The notes under the pieces are model-generated. The model was not told the DNA's origin, made no database searches, and worked only from the letters and a program-made list of their open reading frames with translations. The translations under genes were made by a program, and so were the position numbers. A stretch of DNA of 64,000 nucleotides from Phoronis australis. Its lineage: Eukaryota; Animalia; Phoronida. Positions 52,046 through 64,000 of this stretch are shown here, piece after piece. Position 1 is the first letter of the stretch, and each line of letters begins with the position of its first letter. Location: NCBI GenBank assembly GCA_002633005.1, contig NMRA01000058.1:1081658-1145657 (forward strand), given 5' to 3'.

Positions 52046-54414
52046 CTATAATAAATAAACACAAATGCAGCAAACTAACGCATGAAAATTTTTTGAATCA
52101 ATGGGTGCTACAATGCGCCCTCAACAGGACAAAACGTTTTCGTCCCGAAATGGAGGTGCACATACGCACTGGCCGATGTTTCCGCCATCCTTTAGTGGAA
52201 GTAACTGATTTCTGACACATATGTAGCACACACTTGGCAAAATAATCGTACCCGTTTTGAGCCGTGTATGTCGAAAATTGCAACCTCGATGAGCATTTGA
52301 ATGGGAATTCGAAAACAAAAGGGCAGCCACGTCTGTCATCCTGAATCCGATCATGACGAAAAGCAAAAAGCTTGCAACCCTTCTCATTACGGCGTTTTCC
52401 CGTTGCTCCCAACTTTTTCGATTCTATAGCCCAACTACAAGTTGGGAAGTTTACCCCTGTAGCCAATATCTTACACGACTGATAAACTCCATTCTGGTAT
52501 TGATGGTTGGATGGCCAGCTCTCTTTTGTTCGATAATTACTTTAATCTCCAATAAGATCGTATCTACCCTGACTGGGCTGTGCTGTTAATAATAAAGGTG
52601 AAGTTATAACATATTTGAACATACACCAATAGCATTTCTGAAATCTTCGTCAAATGGTGATCATATTTAGTTTTTGAATCGCCAAAATTGCCCAACTGCA
52701 ACCGACGTTACGACAATCTATTCTTTCCGAATACACCAATTCACTCTCAGTTTGACTGTGTTCATACGTGGTCTGTAATAAGCCTGGTAGATAATTGGCC
52801 TGCTTGTTGTCAAGAGTGTGCTTGGCAGTTAACAAAGAAGCTAGATGTTATCACACGCTCAGAACCCTCTACGTCTGCTAAAGTCACTGAACGGGAAAAC
52901 GCTGTCATGTGAAACTGCATTCATGTGTTCGCTGTTCCAAAATACTCAAAATCACACTGTCACGAGACGTGGGTAGTGAACCGTGGCTACAGTCTTTTCA
53001 TTCAGTGACCACGTGTTGGAGCAACATTATTTTTCCTGTGTTGCTAAATATACTTTGCAGCATTTGACATCCGAAAAGTCTCCAAATTTCAAGGTGACCC
53101 TTTTCTGTACAAATTAGATTTTTATGGTCACCTCACACTATCATATTGATTAACATACTGGATGATCAAAAAACGAAACTTTCACTGTTGAAATCTTCAA
53201 CTTTCTAGCTCTAATGATATCCATTACAAATAAAGGAAGCATCAGCAAGGTTTATATGGATTAATCCGTCAGCGGTAGAGGGTGCTAATAATAGCATTAG
53301 ATAGTCACAAACTGAGGAAAGCTTCCGTTAGGCGCGGTAGGTGCAGAATGTACATCTAACGATGCTACAAAAGAAAGGCACTTTGCTCTAAAAGACAAAA
53401 AGTACGACTAAAATGGTTTGGTCCAAGTAACTTACTAGCATGTTTGCGAATGGACCACGCAGAGTGTGATAAGCGCTATGTCTCTTCATATTTTTTCTGT
53501 GTGATGACACTGGCCCCACTGACTCCAGACGTTATATTTGAGGAATCTTCAAGTAGTTTTCATGCAGAGTGTTGAAAGCGGAGGAGAGTGTCAAGGTGAA
53601 AGATTCATTGTCAATTACAGGTAAAGGCAAAACCACTGGTGACCAGATTTCCGTGGACGTTATGTAGTCGCCAGTGCCCCAATAACTTCACTGTTTGGAG
53701 TGGTATGGCTGGCTAGTGTTATCATTTTGCTATCCGTATGCAGTTTGTTGTGACTGACACAAGTGAAAAAAATGGGAGACTTTCAATGACTACATGGAAC
53801 CAGCTACCAGTGAGAAGATACTTCATCTGCGCAGTGGGAGGCAAGGATAACACTCCTGATGTTAACCATTCAAGGTACAGGTGACCTCAGCACCTCCCGT
53901 AACTCATTATCACATACCGTACAAACAACTACTCATTCCGCAAAAACAATGTTGGAACAAATTAAAGTAAAAATGATACTTAATGTGACTGCAATCTGGT
54001 TTAACACTGGTAATTCAGTTAAGTAGTACAAAGTAGCATGGAATAACGATATATCTAAGTGTGTTCTTGATCTAAATGCCAGTGAATTGGTCCAAGTATG
54101 ACATTCTCAAAGTTAACCTTCAACAATACAGGGTCTCTCCCTCAACTTGTCATTACATATACTACCTGCTCAGTCCGCCTAAGTCACCAGCTTTCATTAA
54201 GCTTGTACATAAGTCAACCCTCAAATAAGGCATCATTTTTTAGTTAAGTGAGGTTGAGTGTGATATGAATTTGAAAGGTGGAAACTGAAATACTGTACCA
54301 GCATCTTTAGGTAAGTTGGACAACGAAGTTTCAACGAGAGCACTGACTAAATATCTTAAATTTTACTGACAAAATCACAAGAGTTGCTATTTTGCATTTA
54401 CCTCAGTTTCTACA

Positions 54415-56012
54415 CGGCTAAATCACAATAAAGGTCCATATTCGAGAGTTGACTGTGTCACGGCCTAAAATAAATTTTTGGTCACTTACCAAATGCCAAC
54501 TGAATCTCATATGCAAAGAGTTATTTAGTTGTGCAAATTAAAAAAAGAATCATCAAAATCGGACAATGTTTGATAAATTTATGCATGTTTTTGTCTATGA
54601 ATTTCTTGCATGTTTAGCGTTACGAGTGGCCATTTTAAAAATTACAATTTTAAACTGTCAACAGTAGAAAAGAAAATTATTTTATCAAGTAAGCAATTGC
54701 TTTGATATGACTGGGAATAACTTGAGTCACTTTCAGAATCACCTAGACAAAGTTGTGCTTAATCATTGAGAAATGGTAGGGTTTATCATAAAACAGGTAC
54801 TCGTTACGAAATTTGTGAATTCTGCATTTCTAACCCTCACCTACTGTAAAGAGAGTTAAAAATTAAAATTCACACTCTGTAATAAAAAGAACTGTAGAAT
54901 ATGTTAGCCTAAGCAACACAGCAAATTATTCATTATCTAAACAAACCAAAAGTTTGGATATTGACTGGGTTCTGCTATGGTGAAAATGGGCCAAAAAGGC
55001 TAAAAAAATGTGTATGTACCCCCATGTGGAATTCAATAACACAAATGGTCATTGCAAATGAAGTTATTGCCTTCTAAATAACAACATGGTGCTTATTATG
55101 ACCAAAGAAAAATAAAAGGTCATAAAACATTATGTTACCATGTGATGCAGAAACAGTGGTGTAGTGTACGTACCAAATTTTGTAGTGTAGGTACCCCATG
55201 TTTTCATATGCCATGAAATTAAAATATCACTTGGTAATTGAGCAACATTGGTCATAGACAGTTTCCTTCCTTTAAAATGTTAGGTTAAAAGGCTGTTTAT
55301 TGCAAATACATTTGTTATGAGCGAAATATTAGCATTTGTGTAGTGTACGTACTCCCATATTTTAATTTGTGCCTATTTTCCAAGTATGGCAAATATGCGC
55401 ATGAGTGCTGTGCTTTTTATTTTTTCTCTTTGAATTGATTTAATAAATAAACTAACTCTCAGTAGATTCTTAATATTTAGTTAGAAATCTGACATGTCAT
55501 TAAAATGTAGTGTACGTACCCCTGATTAGTGTACTTACAACGATGTGAAAACTAGGCAAATAGCACCAATATTTTTTTTGGAAAAAAAAGTTACCTGTTA
55601 TTTTCTTTTTGTAAGAATCGTATTGCAGGAGAAGTTCTCATTATACTGTGTTAAGACATGCAATGTATCATCATCTAGAACAACTTGATCAGCACGGTAA
55701 TGACTTTTCTTAGTTTAGTATGTGATACTTCTTCAATTTGATCAAGAACTTACTAAATTAACAGCTACTTTATGAACTTTTCCATGATAGAAGTGGGCTG
55801 TGACCACAAGTTGTAGTGTACGTACCCTTTTATGCAACTGCGATGCATTAGGCCATAAAATTTTATTCTGTGGTTCTTGTGCAAAAATATTCTAGATAAC
55901 AAACCTGAAATGATGGTACTTTAAAATAACCTAGCTTTTACAGTTATATTGCAACCTTCATTTTTCAACAAAAGTGGCCTCCCGAATATGGACCTTGATT
56001 GTGATTTCCCCG
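54415..56012. mobile_element. 1.6-kb CGG-ended non-autonomous DNA element with ACA TSD and internal motif array
   Basis: ACA|CGGCTAAATCACAATAAAGGTCCATATTCG ... CGAATATGGACCTTGATTGTGATTTCCCCG|ACA. Confidence 0.85.
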
Positions 56013-56149
56013 ACAATATTACATCAATAACTGGTAAAATGACTCAAGCAACCCAACAGATTGTACAACGTTTGGGCGACGATGAAATCCGGAGTATTCC
56101 TGGACATCACTGACTGTCAACTTAATTATTTCCCTAATTTGACCATATT

Positions 56150-56290
56150 CCAGCGCGATTCAAGGCAGCCAAGCGTGGAAAGAAACCTTTATCCTGCTGT
56201 GGTGTCAGCCAGCCTTCCTCCTTAAACTGCTTGTCCGTCTTCACCGCCTGTGCAGTTCTTGCCGGACCTGCTTTGTTGTTCTACTTTCTG
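56150..56290 (-). mobile_element. Possible DNA-transposase C-terminal relic
   Basis: NKAGPARTAQAVKTDKQFKEEGWLTPQQDKGFFPRLAA resembles KADPxxVA..F..EEWLTxQQIxxFFSRLAA tails I recall from invertebrate transposon-derived proteins; family uncertain. Confidence 0.4.
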
Positions 56291-59200
56291 AAAAATGACA
56301 GGAAGTTTGTAACCTTCTAGAATTATACACGTTTTGCAGAACTTCGCAGAGCTCAGCCTCTACAAATGTGTGACTACCTCTGAGTGATCCAATGATTTTA
56401 TTTGAGATAATTCGTTTTACCCATGGCGAGTAATATATAAAACGACCCTAAATACAACCAGAAAAACACTGTGGATACTCGATTTATTTTTGCCAGTTTG
56501 ACATCACATCCAGATTCTAAATGTCGACATATTGGGACTCCTAAGACATAACACACTATTATTTCAAGAATTATACAATTCACTGACAGTCCAAGTGAAA
56601 ACAAATTGTGGCATGCTGGTTGTCATTTAAAATTGGAATTAAGAACGCTATGACTACAGCATTCATCAATATATGTATAGAGAAAATACTTCCTGCACTG
56701 AACTTAAAAGAAGACGCATAACAACAATAATGGTTACAAGTATTGAACAGTGAAAGTCAATGAGAAATTACATTTCCGCTTGCAACAAGTGGCCACTAGA
56801 AGCACATAATCTCGGACTAAACCTACAACTAACAGAAGACACTACTAGTAAGTGGAGTGAATAGCTCTAGGCTAGCCTAGACTCCAACAACGGCTGCAGG
56901 ACAGGTATATCATTTGATTTAGGAATTCAAGATTGTTCATCAGTTATTTACAGTGATGCCGGCATAGGACTAGTGAATTTCACCAGTGGGCACAATAAAA
57001 AAACTCTGTCTATACTGTTCAAAATCAAGTACTGTTGTTACATTTTTATGATATATGCATAGTCACTCAGTTTGTGAATTTCCTAAAAGGAGAACCAGTA
57101 ACGTGCACTTCAGGGTACTGTATTAGAATGACAACTGTTGTTTCTAGTGGTGCTAACTGGTTCTCAAATCAGGTATCCATAAAACTGACTATTACTGCCA
57201 AAATGCTACCATCATGTGATGACTTCAAATTCAAACGAAGTAGTAGTAATAGTAGTACTCACCAGATCCAACACGAAAGAACATATGCATTGAAATTGTT
57301 GAGTTCCAGTGGGAGTTAGTTGACTTTAGACATTTCAACCAGCATCCCCACTTCAGGCTTGGTACGCGAGCTACTGCTAATGAAATAGGTGCTGCACAGT
57401 CAACTTGGTTCCTATAGAATTCCAAGATGAGCCTGGTGTTTTGCCCTTGCCTTGGACGTAGTCACACAGGTCCGGCGAACACGCATTTGTAAATTGTCTG
57501 ACTCTCGCCGCACAGTTTGTATGTGTGATTTGGCACTCACTTTGTACTGAATCAAGATTTCACACATGTGCAGAGGATATGCTTTTGAGGTCCCATACAC
57601 TTCATCACACTTTATCATAACAGTTAACACTGCAAGTCAGGATCATCAGCCATTTTGCCACCATTAAAGTGACACCTGTTGTTGGACACTGGGTTCACGA
57701 AAAACGCTGAATTTTAATGAAAATGGAAAAAATGCCTTAAACACTTGCACCTGACTTAATGAAACTAAATTAAATATTAATGAAACAACTTTTGAATCAA
57801 AACTATGCACTCTACTGGTGTTGTAGTGTTCCAAACAGGTATCGGTATTGAAGGTAATTTCCTGTCAGGTGGTTGTCACAATCTTGCTATTTCTATAGGA
57901 AAATGCTCAATATGATAGAAACGTCTTGTGTTAAAGTCTGGTGTTGATCAGTGCTGTGCCATCTGAGATATATGGGTTCAAAGTGTAGCGAAATTGAATG
58001 CTTTGTTAACCTCTGACCCCTCTATACTTTATGCATGAAATGTTAAACTTATCGGCAGAGTTAACGAGTAGAGTTTAACATCTTTTTGAAGCCGAAGACT
58101 TGCTTTATTTTAAAATTACAAACAAAAATGATCTCATGAGCCGGTATTTTTATTATGCATTGCAAATAGGCATTTTCTGTGAGTCCATTGCATGGTATAC
58201 CCCGAAAATAGAGGCTCCCTGATTTTTCCCTCTTAAACAACGTAAAATGAGATTGGACTTTACTGTTTTGTTTATCATCCCAAAGGTAACTAAAATGCAT
58301 AGTATGGTTCAAATCGGTGACGATGGGTTTATCACCCCTAGGGACATTTTTTGCTTGCTGTGAGCCGTACTTCACTCTTAAAGGCCTATGGTCCGAGTTA
58401 TAGAAGAAAAAACCTCTTAACGCCGTTTAAGCGTTTTTTGATGTGACATGGAGTTTAAAAAGTTATGCTCAATTATATTGTAACTTTTCACAATATTTTA
58501 CAATTACATAGGTACTTCCGTGAAAAATCCAAGAGTTATGCTGTCAAGGATTAAGAAAGGTTTATACTCCAGTGCCACCGGTGTCCATAATTAGCAGATG
58601 CTTGAGAAAAACAAGGCGTGCACAAACTTGACACACGACGTCCAGGGGCCACCCAGTTCATTGCCTTGACGATCAATGGGTTTGCAATGACAACAAACGT
58701 TATTTGATCTATCAAAAGAAAGTATCACTGCTTCAGTGAACATTTGACACTAATTTTAAAGATACCTTTGCACAGTAGCTTGACGTGGATATAGACTGTT
58801 GTCAATACAAACGGACACGGCCATATTTTTGATCTTAGTCATTTACCGTACGGCATATAAGTCTGACATTTTAATTTTTATATATGTAAACCAACAATCC
58901 TTGACCACTGTCTGCCTACATTTGACTCCAAAACTGTGATACAGTACCTGCTTTGTAATTGAAGTGTTCATGTAACTTGGTTCATCATCTGCTTTTGTTG
59001 ATCCACGTGGTTGTGTGAATTGACTACGTAATTAAAATAAATGTGTCCATGACTTCAAACATATTTCGATTAAGTGCATGTCATGCAGCAACTCTTGTTG
59101 CATTTACATTTCTGTTGTGTTGAGAATTACTGCAGTGAAATGCATTTGATGTTAGACAGGTCTAACTTCGGCAGTGAAAATCCATTTTGTTCATTAATGT

Positions 59201-59997
59201 GATTATGTCATTGCCGTTAAAGCTGCTATAAACCTGCCTTCCTTCAATTAAACCAACTGTTGATTTTGACTATTTATTGTCTTGGCCCATTCCTTACTCA
59301 AACTACAAGTGATTCCTGGAATTAGAAAGAACTGACAGTTCGTTATATCTCAAACCTCAGTTTATCAAGTTGCCTTGAAACAGGTTGCCATTTTCTGTAG
59401 GTGAATTTGTTACAAACCAAGAAACCCATCCTCACCTGGGTAAAGAAACTTATTGATAGGAGGTCTGATGCGGAAAATGGTATAAATTAAAAGTTACTTT
59501 ATTGTTGATGGAATGTTGGTTTGTAGCAACTTTACCAGTTATGTTTCATCACATTTAAGTCTTTATCCGATTTTCTGTATGAAACTAAGAAATGGTATTG
59601 GGCATAAATCTTGTTTATTAGTACCACAAAGAAATCACATTTATCTAAGTACTAAGTAGTAGACAAAACAAATATATGCATTAGACACATAAAATATGGT
59701 ACCTGAATAAATAATATAATTTGTTTGACTGCAAGCAAAGTAGATAAAGCAATACGATTTGTGACATAACCCTTGCATTGCGAAAATATGTTGGGGTAGG
59801 CGCCTTTTGTTGTAGCTGGTACCTTTGTCAAAGGCCAGCACATCATTACAGTAGAATCTTGCCAGTTCCTCACTTATGACGAAGAAACCAAAAGTCCTGA
59901 ATCAAAAACAAAAATAAAATTTTCTTCATAGTCAAGTATAAGAGAAAAAAATCCTTCATTAACTAGTGTACTTCAAAAGCTGAATACCTTATACAAT

Positions 59998-60177
59998 GCG
60001 AACAGTTTGTCCCGTCAGCACGCCATCTTTTTGGTCACATCACGTGACCTAATGAATGTAAGTCCGAAAAGATTTCTGCCCTAGACAGGGACGGGACAGA
60101 AATCTTTTTGGATTGATATGCATTAAGTCACGTGATGTGACCAAAAATATGGCGTGCTGACGGGACAAACTGTTCGC
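59998..60177. mobile_element. Fold-back (palindromic) MITE, arms of about 80 bp
   Basis: GCGAACAGTTTGTCCCGTCAGCACGCCAT..GTCACATCACGTGAC is mirrored on the right with few mismatches. Confidence 0.9.
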
Positions 60178-60769
60178 GACATTTTTCCATGTCTTACTGA
60201 TATATATTTATACATACCTTATAGAATGTACTGTAGGCAATTCATTGTTATGGCTATTTTGGTATTTATACTTAAATTTCAGATAAACAATAAACAAAAC
60301 TCAAATAAGGATTGTGTTTTATTGTCTTTTGTTTAGTTTGACTAAAACCGGACCTTATCATGAACCTGCCAATAATCCATAGATAGTCTTTAATGAATAT
60401 TCATGTCACAGGCGTACTGTCAGGGCCGTAATAATGTTTCCACTTCACAATTGCCAAGTAAAGGTTTAGTCCAGTTATCATGAATACCTAATAGCCTGGA
60501 AATAATTTATTCACATTTTTTCAATAAGTAACAATAATGAGCATATTTTCAGATAATTTATTTATTTGCTAAATTGAGTTTTGGGTATTTGAAACATTTA
60601 TGTTGAGTAGCCAGAGATTTGGAAGTAAAATGATAAAAAGTTATTACAAGTGTCATGTCAGCATTTTTTTCTTTCACAGTCACATGTGTGCATAATGAGG
60701 GTGCTTAACTGGATTTCCAAAACTGTTTTTATGATAAATACTCACAGGCATAAGCAAAATACAGGTGAC

Positions 60770-62960
60770 AGGTTGCTTCATATAGATCTTTTCAGTGTAG
60801 TGGACACTCCTCACCATCTGCCACAGGTACAGCCTGATCACAGCCGGTGATACCCACCACCCCAGTGAGTATGGACACAGCAAGTTGAATACAATGCCCT
60901 CATCCTCAGATATACTTATGCGAGGCTGAAAAAAATTAAAACCACATTAATTTTGAGTAGTAGTTTAAACATGACCTCAACATGAAAAGGAATACTGTTT
61001 TCAATGTCAGCACAATTGCAAACTGGTTGTTATTCTTCAAAAAGCCAGTGGTCCATTATTAATGAAGTTTTAAGACAGTATAATTTTCAGTATTTTATGT
61101 GGCATATTTTAGTGATACATAGCAAATGTATTTTATTACAGGTTTTCATTTTGTTACCTAATAAACTTGTGTGATTACTGAAGAAAGAAAACATTAAGAA
61201 TGACTTGATAACACAAAAGTTATGTACAGTACAATCGATTCTATTGGGTTAAGAAACGAGAGTTCCACGCATACCTGCATGTGAAGAGACCGAACATCAA
61301 TTGCCACCTAAGCCTATTCCTCTGAACATGGCTCAGTACTCCAATCATGTTGTCACTGTTGCTTAAGTATTGTTGTTATTGTTGGTGAAGTGGTGATGCC
61401 CACTACGATGAACCTTTAAAAACATAATTACATAAAATGCCAATCTGAGCATTACATAGATAACATTGATCAATACGCTCCATAGGATACACATCTTCGC
61501 AAAAGTGTGAGTGTACCTGAAATTGAAACTTCAGTGTTCTAGCTGTTTCCAGACTAATTAAGTTTAGTTCCTGTGTTAACTTGCCAATACCGATGCTAGA
61601 AGTCTGTAACAGCTGACATTCAAGGAGGATAGATGATTTTCGAAGCACTCTTCTCTTTAGGCCCTCTGCCATGTAAACTGATGGATTGTGTTCTTGATAA
61701 AGTGAGTCTGCTAGGGCCTAGTCGCACACTCAAATTCCAAGAAAAGGCACATTAGTTAAAAGCAAGCACTGTCATTAACCTTCCCCTGTCCCTAGCCCTT
61801 TATTTACCCAATGGAGACCACACCACTGATAATACAATATGTAACCTGCTCGACCTTTATTAATGCTCCTATTGATCTGCCTTTGGCTATACCCTTTTGC
61901 CTTTGAGGAGGTCCCATTCATAGTATATTGTCCTGTAATGATGTGACCACTCCCAGAGTCCTGCAATTTGAGAACCAGATTTCTTCACTGAATAACAGGC
62001 ATCAAATTTGTTGCATCCCATTCCCAACCATGGTTTTGTATGATCTCACTTTTCTCGCAACAAGCTTCAGCCTACCAGCACTTCCCAAGTTTGCTTGCAT
62101 TCAATCCGAGGCTTCATCGCTGATCCAGTGGTTTGTGTTCAAGTAGACTTGCTAGCTGACTAGTCAGTGGTGGACTTAGAGAAGGAGGCTATGGCCTCCC
62201 TAAAATTCTCCCAGCTCCCATTCGGCAGTTCGGGTGTGCAAATATTTGGCAATCTAAATCCTGGCTAATACTCTGCCCAGTCCCCCCAACTCAAAATCCT
62301 GGATCTGCCCAAGGGGCGGATCCAGGATTTTGAGTTGGGGGGACAGGGCACAGGAATAACCAAAATTTCGCGACATGCGCGCGCCCAGCCTGATGTAGGT
62401 ACGCGGGGGTCATAAACGGTAAACGGGGTTTGTACAAGGGGCATATGCTAGTCAGCAATTCGCACCCCGATAGGCCTAGGGCTAGGGTTAGCCTTGGTAC
62501 AAATCTGTATATTAAATATACTGCCCTGGCTGTGTGAATTTCGGGGTCTATTGAAGAAAAACACACAGTGGTACCTGGCTGTATTTTGATACCGCTAGCT
62601 GGCTGGCTAGGGTACCACTACAGACTGGACTAGAGCACAACGATTACTATCGAATTCAGTACGTAATTTCCCACAGGTAATGGTTTCATCTAATTCTAAG
62701 AGTAATAGTTAGACTGTTCATCTCATACAGGGAGCAATACCGTCATCAAAATGTTTAAGAAACGAATAAATTACCTGGTTAAGGCGAACTTCTCTTCTTC
62801 GAAGCAGTACCAGAAACAGCTGACTATTTGTCTTGAGTTGCCGAAAGGTCAAACCGCACAGCATTATGGGCAACATTCGTTTGTTTTGATCAGGCACATT
62901 TTAAGAAAATAAAAAAATAAAAGAAAAAATATGTGCAGGCAGCAGATCGACCCCATCCTT
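60770..62960 (-). mobile_element. Old L2/CR1-group LINE-derived repeat, copy 2 (inverted relative to copy 1)
   Basis: Both copies read HIIT..TMNGTSSKA and LKFQF.VHSHF; 62730-62910 is the reverse complement of 25080-25257. Confidence 0.65.
62274..62350. repeat. 37-bp-arm hairpin formed by back-to-back MITE termini
   Basis: TGCCCAGTCCCCCCAACTCAAAATCCTGGATCTGCCC aag GGGCGGATCCAGGATTTTGAGTTGGGGGGACAGGGCA; 2 mismatches. Confidence 0.9.
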
Positions 62961-64000
62961 ACGAAAAGGTCTAATTAAGCGTCAGAGAGTATGTCTCAGT
63001 GGTTTTTATGAAGATTCACGATGTTTTTAAAACGTCTAAAACGGATCATATGACTTTAAGCTGTCAATCACGAAGAGGCAGATAACATTTGCATGCATAT
63101 CATGCATCAGGAGTCTGTTTTATGGAAAGTGACTTCTAAAAGAAATAAGACTTAAGTTTGGTCTTACGTTCCACACAACTACTTCTGAAAAACAATTAAA
63201 CCTAAAAAGGGCAAAGTACCCGAGAACATGCACACAACTGCTACTTACAGAAATTTCTAAACTGTCATCCACTCATGATTACTCAGCTAAACATTGTTTA
63301 ACCAATTGAAAAGTTGGCGCGTGAGACCGAGTATCTGTCATAAGTATGAAGTCACGTTCATGATAATGACTTCAGGGGCCTGTTTCGTGAAAACTGAACA
63401 GAAACTTAAGACAGTAATATGGCCTTACGCTCCCACTTAACATTTTATGGAAAAGGTTTAGCCAAGTAATCAAAAGGGAATCACGTGGGGGATCATTTCA
63501 GAATATATTTAATTAGTTTGCTTTAGAATTCATTTGTAAGAATTTTAGCGAAAAAGAAGGTCTAACAGTACTTTATGTTCGTTAACAATATTAATTGTGA
63601 CACCGTTACCTAAATGAACAGCCTCCTACGTTATTAACGAAGTTAACATTTTCAATTTTAAAGACAAATTTTCCCCCAAATTTCTTTGAATTATTCGAAA
63701 ATCACATAATACCATTAATGTTTTTAATAATATAACGAAAATACTTAGAAATAGTTTACCTCTTAAGGTTACTTCTATGACATATTTTGTTTAAAGTCCT
63801 TGTCTCACGCGTTGTTAACCCTTATTACATGGTTAGAAGATGTTATAAGGATCCAAGAAGTACCTACCCCATAACAAATACACGATCCGTACTCGAAAAC
63901 AGTTTAAATGAACGCGCCACTCACGATTCGCACCCGAAGAAACACCGCCATTTTGAACTTGCCGCGAACCCGGAAGTACAATTCATTCAGGAACCCAGGC

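Noticed and set aside
55009-55827. CRISPR-like array (short repeats with unique spacers)
   Set aside because: Repeats are only about 16 bp, spacing is irregular (21-306 bp), there are no cas genes, the context is eukaryotic, and the array lies within a TIR/TSD-bounded element.
63900-64000. Promoter (CGCCATTTTG YY1-like and CCGGAAGT ETS-like motifs)
   Set aside because: Similar motifs occur in several MITEs in this window and the context is cut by the window edge.

Overview
AT-rich, intron-containing animal DNA (marine invertebrate-like; species cannot be fixed from the sequence), not prokaryotic. Most track ORFs are spurious or are exon/transposon fragments. There are two tandem minus-strand GT7 (beta-1,4-galactosyltransferase / bre-4-like) genes. 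Gene A is complete: 6 coding exons, 16760->2125, 395 aa by my manual splice. Gene B has exons 3-6 at 48273->41327 with identical internal exon sizes and phases; I could not find its exons 1-2 in the window. Both genes carry Lys at the bovine B4GalT1 R228-equivalent and Leu at the Y289-equivalent, which predicts a HexNAc donor, possibly UDP-GlcNAc, rather than UDP-Gal. Gene A also has a 51-aa strongly basic C-terminal tail. The rest is a dense, often nested transposon landscape: Academ, hAT, THAP-bearing ISL2EU-like, TTAA/Kolobok-like and CGG-ended MITEs, and L1-Tx1, RTE-X and L2-like LINE relics. There is also an N gap and a probable haplotype-overlap artefact. All calls come from manual reading and translation; no searches were run.
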